From: Prorocentrum cordatum
Lineage: Eukaryota
NCBI GenBank assembly: GCA_963575745.1
Contig: CAUYUJ010000282.1
Coordinates: 62,001 to 115,929, forward strand
Length of the DNA: 53,929 nucleotides
Direction of reading: 5' to 3'
Positions 48,580 through 53,929 of the stretch are shown piece after piece; within the stretch, counting starts at the first letter, position 1, and each line of letters opens with the position of its first letter. The notes under the pieces were generated by a model. That model did not search any database. It was not told the DNA's origin and saw nothing but the letters and a program-made list of their open reading frames with translations. The position numbers and the translations under genes are program-made.

Positions 48580-48885
48580 TAGGGTTGTTCGAAAATCCAA
48601 CCAGTTTCGCCGAATTCCGCGTAGTTTCACAGGGTTTCCTCAGGTTCTTCTTTGTTATTTTAAATTTCGTGTGATTTGTTCCTATTAATATTGATTTCAA
48701 TGGTTTCCCAAAGTTCTTCTTAATTCAACTAGGATTTCTCAAGTTATTCCTAATTTCGCTGGGTTTCCTCAAGTTATTCATAGTTTCGCCCGTTTTTCTT
48801 AAGTTACTCATTGTTTCAATGGGTTTCGCCAAATTCTTCTTCGTTTCGCTGGGTTCCCTCCAGTTGTTCATGGTTTCGCGATGTG
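48580..48885. repeat. AT-rich block with ~30-bp degenerate repeats, possible transposon end starting TAGGGTTG
   Basis: Units like TAGTTTCGCTGGGTTTCCTCAAGTTATTCA at ~30-bp period; partner end not in window. Confidence 0.5.
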
Positions 48886-49109
48886 TCCGTCGGATTTGCG
48901 AATTCCATGAGGTTTGAAGAGATTTCGGGCGCGCGCCTAGGCCCCGCGCTGCCTTGCTGCATCCTGCGCGAGCCAGGCTATCAGCAGGCGTGCTATTTCG
49001 GCGGCGTGACCTCCAGCGATGAACAGGCTTGGAGGTCAATGCGAAAGCCGTCGCGCGGCCAACGCCTGGGGGCGTCGCGGGCGACACCGGCCACCGCGTC
49101 GAAGACCAC

Positions 49110-49990
49110 GACGTCGAGGGTGGCGCATTTGAGGGGGCTCTGCGAGGAGCGAGGCTTTCCGAGCTCAGGTCCCAAAGGCGAGCTTTCAGGCTGAAGGCGC
49201 AGGAAGACCCGCCGAGGCGCGCGGCCCGCGTAATTCAAGCCGGGCAGCGGCGGCGCGCGGGGGCCCATGGAACGCCCGACGAACGCGTTCTTACTAGCGG
49301 AGGGGAAAGAGCGCAAGATAGTCGAGTGGGGACTTCAAGATACCGCGGACGAACTTCAAGCAAAACCGCGGCAGGCCTCCGCCAGAGAAAACCGCGCCGT
49401 CTTTCTGACGCGCGGCGGCCCTGCATTGGACCCGCGACACTCTGGTGGCGGTCGCAGGCGGATGTTCCACGCAAAGCGCGCGCCCCCCTGCTTCCACGCC
49501 GTCGCGCGATCCCGTTTGGACTGCGGGCCGCACTTCGCGCGCGGCGCCCGCGGTCGCACGCGCCGCGCAGCGCGTCGCGGCTATTTGTCGTCGCTGTCAT
49601 TCTGCGAAGGTCGCGGGCGCCTTGGGCGCGCCGAGCCACTCCGACATTTGCGCCGGAGGCGGTCGCGCGGCGGCCGAAGGTCGCCATGACGCTGTCGAAA
49701 AAGGGAAGCTGTCGGAGCTCCGCTGGGACTTCTTGCGTTCGCGCCAGGCCTGCGTGCGGACCTGGCAACGCGGGGCCGCGGCGGTATTCGGTTCGGCGCA
49801 TTCACAACCCCGCAATCCCGCGCGCGGTGCGCGACGTGGACACGCGCGCGGCGCTGCATTCCGCGCAGATTCTCGGAGCGCCGCATGGGCCCGCCCCGCG
49901 CGCCCCGCGCGCGGGCCGCGCGCGTCGGGCTGCCGATTCGAAGACTGGCCAGGCCCCCCGCTCTTCCGCTCTTCCAGCGATCAAGCGCCC
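49110..49990 (+). pseudogene. Decayed coding sequence containing a SAP DNA-binding motif
   Basis: RVAHLRGLCEERGFPSSGPKGEL(frameshift)RLKAQED fits the SAP consensus (LKVAELKE.L..RGL..SG.KAELI.RL); followed by frameshifted protein-like fragments. Confidence 0.5.
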
Positions 49991-51949
49991 CCCCCCCCCC
50001 TTCCTCGCCCCGCCACCCCCCTCGAGCCACCGCCGCAAATAAGAGGAGGAGGAGGAGGAGGATGAGTAGGGGGAGGAGGAAGGAAGGAGGAGGAGGAGGT
50101 AGGAGGATCGATGAAGGAGGAAGATGAGGAGGAGAAGAGGAGGAGGAGTAGGAGGGAGGAGAGAGAGGAAAGGCAAGAGGAGAGGAGGAAGGAAAAGGAG
50201 GAGGAAGGAAGAGGAAGAGGGGAGCAAAGGGAAGAGGAGGTGGGGAGGGAGTAGAGGAAGGAGGGGAGGGGGAGGAAGAAGTGGAAAGAGAGGAGGATAT
50301 CAATATCATCCTTTGCCTCCTCCCCCTCCCCCCCTCCTCCTCCTCCTCCTCTTCCTACTCCTCCTCCCTCCTCTCGTCCCCTCCCCCTCCCACCTCCTCC
50401 TCCTCGATCCTCATCCGTCCCCTCGGCGTCCTCCTCTTTCTCCCTGTCTCCTCCTCCTCCTCCTTCTCACCTCCTCCTCGCCCCTCCCCCTCACCCTAAC
50501 CTCGATCCTCCCTCCACCTCCTCCTTCTTCCTCCTCCTCCTCCTTTTCCTTCTCCTCCTCCTCTTCCTTCTCCTCCTCCTCCTCCTTCTCTCCTCTTCTC
50601 CTCCTCTTCCTCCTCCTCCTATTCCTATCTCCTCCTTCTTCTCCTCATCCTCCTCCTCCTCTTCTCCCTCGTCCTCGTCCTCGTCCTCCTCCTCCTCGAT
50701 CCTTTTCCTCCTCCTTGTCTTCCTTTTCGTTATCGCCCTCCTCCTCCTCGCGTTCCCCCCCCTGCTCCTCCTCCTCCTCCCCCTCCGATCCTCCTCCTCC
50801 TCCACCTCCCCCCCCCCCTCCTCTCCTCCTCCTCGTCTTCCTTCCCCTCGTCCTCTTCCTCCCCCTCCTCTTCTTCCTCCTCCTCATATTCCTCCTCCTC
50901 CTCCTCCTCCTCCTCCTCCTCCTCCTCCTCCTCCTCATCATCATCATACCCCCGCTGGAAGATTCGCAGATCGGCGAAAACGCCCGCGGCTTGCGCGGCG
51001 TCGCGGGAACGCGCGGGCCACGCAGGCGCAGTTGCGAAAAGCGCTGGCCGCCGAGCGCCGGCGCCCATCCCGCGGGCCAGTTCTCGCGGGGGGATGGCTC
51101 CGCGCGCGCCCGCCGTCGCCGAACCGACGGCGGCGGGCCGCGCTGGCGCGGCGGCCGCAGCGACCGCGGCCGCGGCGGCCGCAACCGCAGCGACCGCGGC
51201 GGCCGCAACCGCAGCGACCGTGGCACCCGCAACGTCGTTGGCGGCCGTTCGTCTCGGCGACGGCGCGCGCGACGCCCCGGGCGAGGCACGCGCCCCATCG
51301 TCGAGCGGATAAGGCGCGCGCTCAAGAGCCGCGCGCCCGACCCGGAAGGGGGCGCCGCCCAACAGGGCCCGCTGTTTCTGCCGCCGCGCGCCGCCGCCAG
51401 CTCTCCCCGCCCGCCGCGGCAAGCGCTCGCGCGCCGCCCCAGATCGAGACCGCGCCGTTAACGCGCGCGCGGGCGTTCCAACCCCCGCCCCGCTGGTTCG
51501 CGGGGGCGGTGGCGGACCCTGGTCGATCGGCGGATCCCGCATAATTGATCCATGCTTTCAATTGACTGAATGCTAGGTGTTCTTGTCGTTGTCATCGTAG
51601 GCATTGTCATTGTTGAGCAAGTCGCACCGCCGTGCGCTCCAATAGTATTCCCATACTTCTACTCCCCCATCCACCGCCCTCGAGGCGCCTATACTCCGTT
51701 TCCCCCCCCCCCCCCTGCCCCCCCCCCCGAGCCCCCCCCTCCCCCCCCCCACCCCCCCCCCCCCCCTCCGCCGATTTACGCGCGACCTTGCGCGCGAGGA
51801 TTTACGAAGTGCCCCGTTGAATAACGCATCGAAGTTAATTCGAATTCCATCTGTATAGCGAAGTCGCAAGCGTTTCCTCATGTCCCACGCGCTGCATGCC
51901 AGTCTCGCGGGTTCTCCCAGGTTTCCGACAAACGCAATGAGTTCGCTTG

Positions 51950-52612
51950 GGCTTTCAACGGTTTCCACTTGTTCCCAAGGTCCCCCAACATGGTTTCCAA
52001 GCATCCCCAAGGGCCCCCGTGGGTTTCCAATGGTTTCCAAAGGCTTCCATTGGTTCCCATTGGTTTTCCATTGTGTCCACTAGTTCTCAGAAAGGTTTCC
52101 AATGGTTTCCTATCGTTCCCAAGGGTTCCCCACATGTTTTCCCATGTTTCTGAGGGTTCCCAAGGGTTCTCCAAGGTTTCCAAAAGTTCACACAAGTTCC
52201 CAACGGCTTCCAACGGTTTCCAATTGTTTCCTACAGGTTCCGTGAGTTCCAAATGGTTTCCATTGGTTCCCAATGGTTTCCCATGTTTCCCAATGGTTTC
52301 CTATAGTTTCCGTAGGTTTCAAATGGTTTCCATCGGTCCCCAATGGTTTCCTACAGTTTCCGTATGTTTCAAAGGGTTTCCATTGGTTCCCAATGGTTTT
52401 CAACGTTTCCCAATGGTTTCCTATAGTTTCCGTAGGTTTCAAAGGGTTTCCATGGGTTCCCAAAGATTTCCATTGGTTCCCACAGGTTTTCTAGAGTTTC
52501 CAATGGTTCCCAAAGGTTTTCCCAGGTTTCCATAAGTTTCCCCAGGTTTCCAAAGGTTTTCTGTAATTTCCATAAGTTTGTTAGAAATACTTGCGTGCCC
52601 CATGGTTCCCAC
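51950..52612. repeat. 10-bp-based minisatellite (GGTTTCCAAT/GGTTCCCAAT)
   Basis: Tandem GTTTCC/GTTCCC units with higher-order duplication (52251-52330 vs 52371-52450). Confidence 0.9.
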
Positions 52613-53553
52613 AAGTAACGGCGAGTTCTGTCGCGTTCCAGGTTCTCGCAAGCAGCAGCGCGCCACGAGCGGCCCCACCTGCGGTCGCGCATAGTCGCGC
52701 GGGGCGACCGACCCGCTCGCGACCCGCGCGCGCGTCGAGACGAGCAAGGGCCGCGCGCGCCCCTGCGCCATCTTCGCATCGACGGCGCCGAGGCGCGCCC
52801 GCCGTCGCGCGGCGGCTGCGGCGTCGCCAGGGGCGGGTCTCGCAGCGCCGCCGCGCGCCCCTGCCCGCGGGGCGATGGCGCCGCGGAGCAGCGACCGCGA
52901 CGCGACGCCCCCGACCACGCGGGCCGCGCGCATCGCGCGCGCGCGCCCCCCTGGCGCCCGCGCCTCGCTCGCCCGCCCGAGGCGGGCGAAGCGCAGCACT
53001 CGGACATGCCCGCTGGCAGGCGGAGCGAGGGGCCAGCGGCGCCTCAGCGCGGCGCGACTGGGCGCGCGTCGCCATAGCGGCGGGGCGTCGCGCGTCGCCA
53101 AGCGCGAGAAATGGCGGTCGCTGGCGCGACGCGGCCGCGCGGCCCAATCGAGGCAACGCGACGCAATCACGCGCCGACGCCACCGGCCCCCCCCCCGCGC
53201 CCAGCCCGGCGCGACCCCCGCGCACTCGCGACGCAACGCGCGCATCTCGGCGCATCCCCCTCGCGCCCCCCTTCCCCGTGCCCCGCGCGGCTGGAACCTC
53301 GGGCCAGTCGCGTTGTTTCTCTTGCCGCGTGACGGCATGCGACAACCAACTTTCCTGTTTCTGCGGGGCGTCGGCTGGTCCCCGATCGCCCGCGCCGCTG
53401 CCCCAGCGGGCAATTTCTTATCAAAAACGGTGGGCGCGCGCGAAAATAGTTGTCAGGTTTTGCAGGATTCTGCTGCAGCTGACGCTGCAAATTTGCTATA
53501 ATTGTTTGAAGCTGCGCATCTTTGTCGCGTAATTGCTGGCAATTACCTAGCAT

Positions 53554-53706
53554 AGTAGTAGTAGTAGTAGTAGCAGTAGTAGTAGTAGTAGTAGTAGTAG
53601 CAATAGTCGTAGCAGTAGTAGTAGCAGCAGCAGCCGTAGCAGTAGCAGCAGTAGTCGTAGCCGTAGTAGAAAAAAAGTGGTGGTAGTAGTCCTCGGTAGC
53701 GGTAGC

Positions 53707-53755
<49 letters not shown>

Positions 53756-53813
53756 ATAGTAGTAGTAGTAGTCGTCGTCGTCGTCGTAGTAGTAGTAGTA
53801 GTAGTAGTAGTAG
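53554..53813. repeat. (TAG/CAG/TCG)n microsatellite
   Basis: Directly visible. Confidence 0.95.
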
Positions 53814-53929
53814 CCTGAGGTGCTCAGGGACTAGTTTTTTAGTCCCACGCCACGTATTAAAAATAGTCCCAGTCCAAAAAATAGTCACATGTGTGCGATG
53901 TTAATATTTCATCGTTGTAGTTCTAAATT

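Noticed and set aside
1..53929. rRNA, tRNA, spliced-leader RNA, Fanzor/TnpB or DNA methyltransferase genes
   Set aside because: No recognisable motifs by eye; tRNAscan, Infernal and HMM searches would be needed to exclude them formally.

Overview
Repeat-rich, GC-rich eukaryotic DNA with the hallmarks of a dinoflagellate (Prorocentrum-like; inference): short exons, microsatellite-filled introns, GC/GA as well as GT splice donors at G|G junctions, and TTTAGGG/TTAGGG repeats. Most of the six-frame ORFs are microsatellite artefacts; the window is a nest of mobile elements. (1) LINE remnants at 1.4-6.1 kb, the larger one cut inside its AP-endonuclease domain at 6106. (2) A putative ~22-kb DNA transposon (6107-28230) with ~53-bp terminal inverted repeats, phased GGATTGA subterminal sites and a candidate 2-bp CT target duplication. 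It carries an apparently intact two-exon CACTA/EnSpm(CMC)-type DDE transposase (24626-26732), up to four cargo genes of unknown function and an array of ~170-190-bp units that each fold into a (CG)n-tipped hairpin. A 100-N scaffold gap lies inside it, so its continuity is unproven. (3) A further unknown multi-exon gene (30970-35065), a MITE and satellites. (4) A ~8.9-kb Mutator-like element (38761-47637) with foldback ends, a five-exon FLYWCH+MULE transposase on the minus strand and a ~4.1-kb degenerate telomeric array between the gene and the right end. (5) Decayed coding sequence with a SAP motif and more repeats at the 3' end. All gene models and family calls were made by eye; no database search was run.
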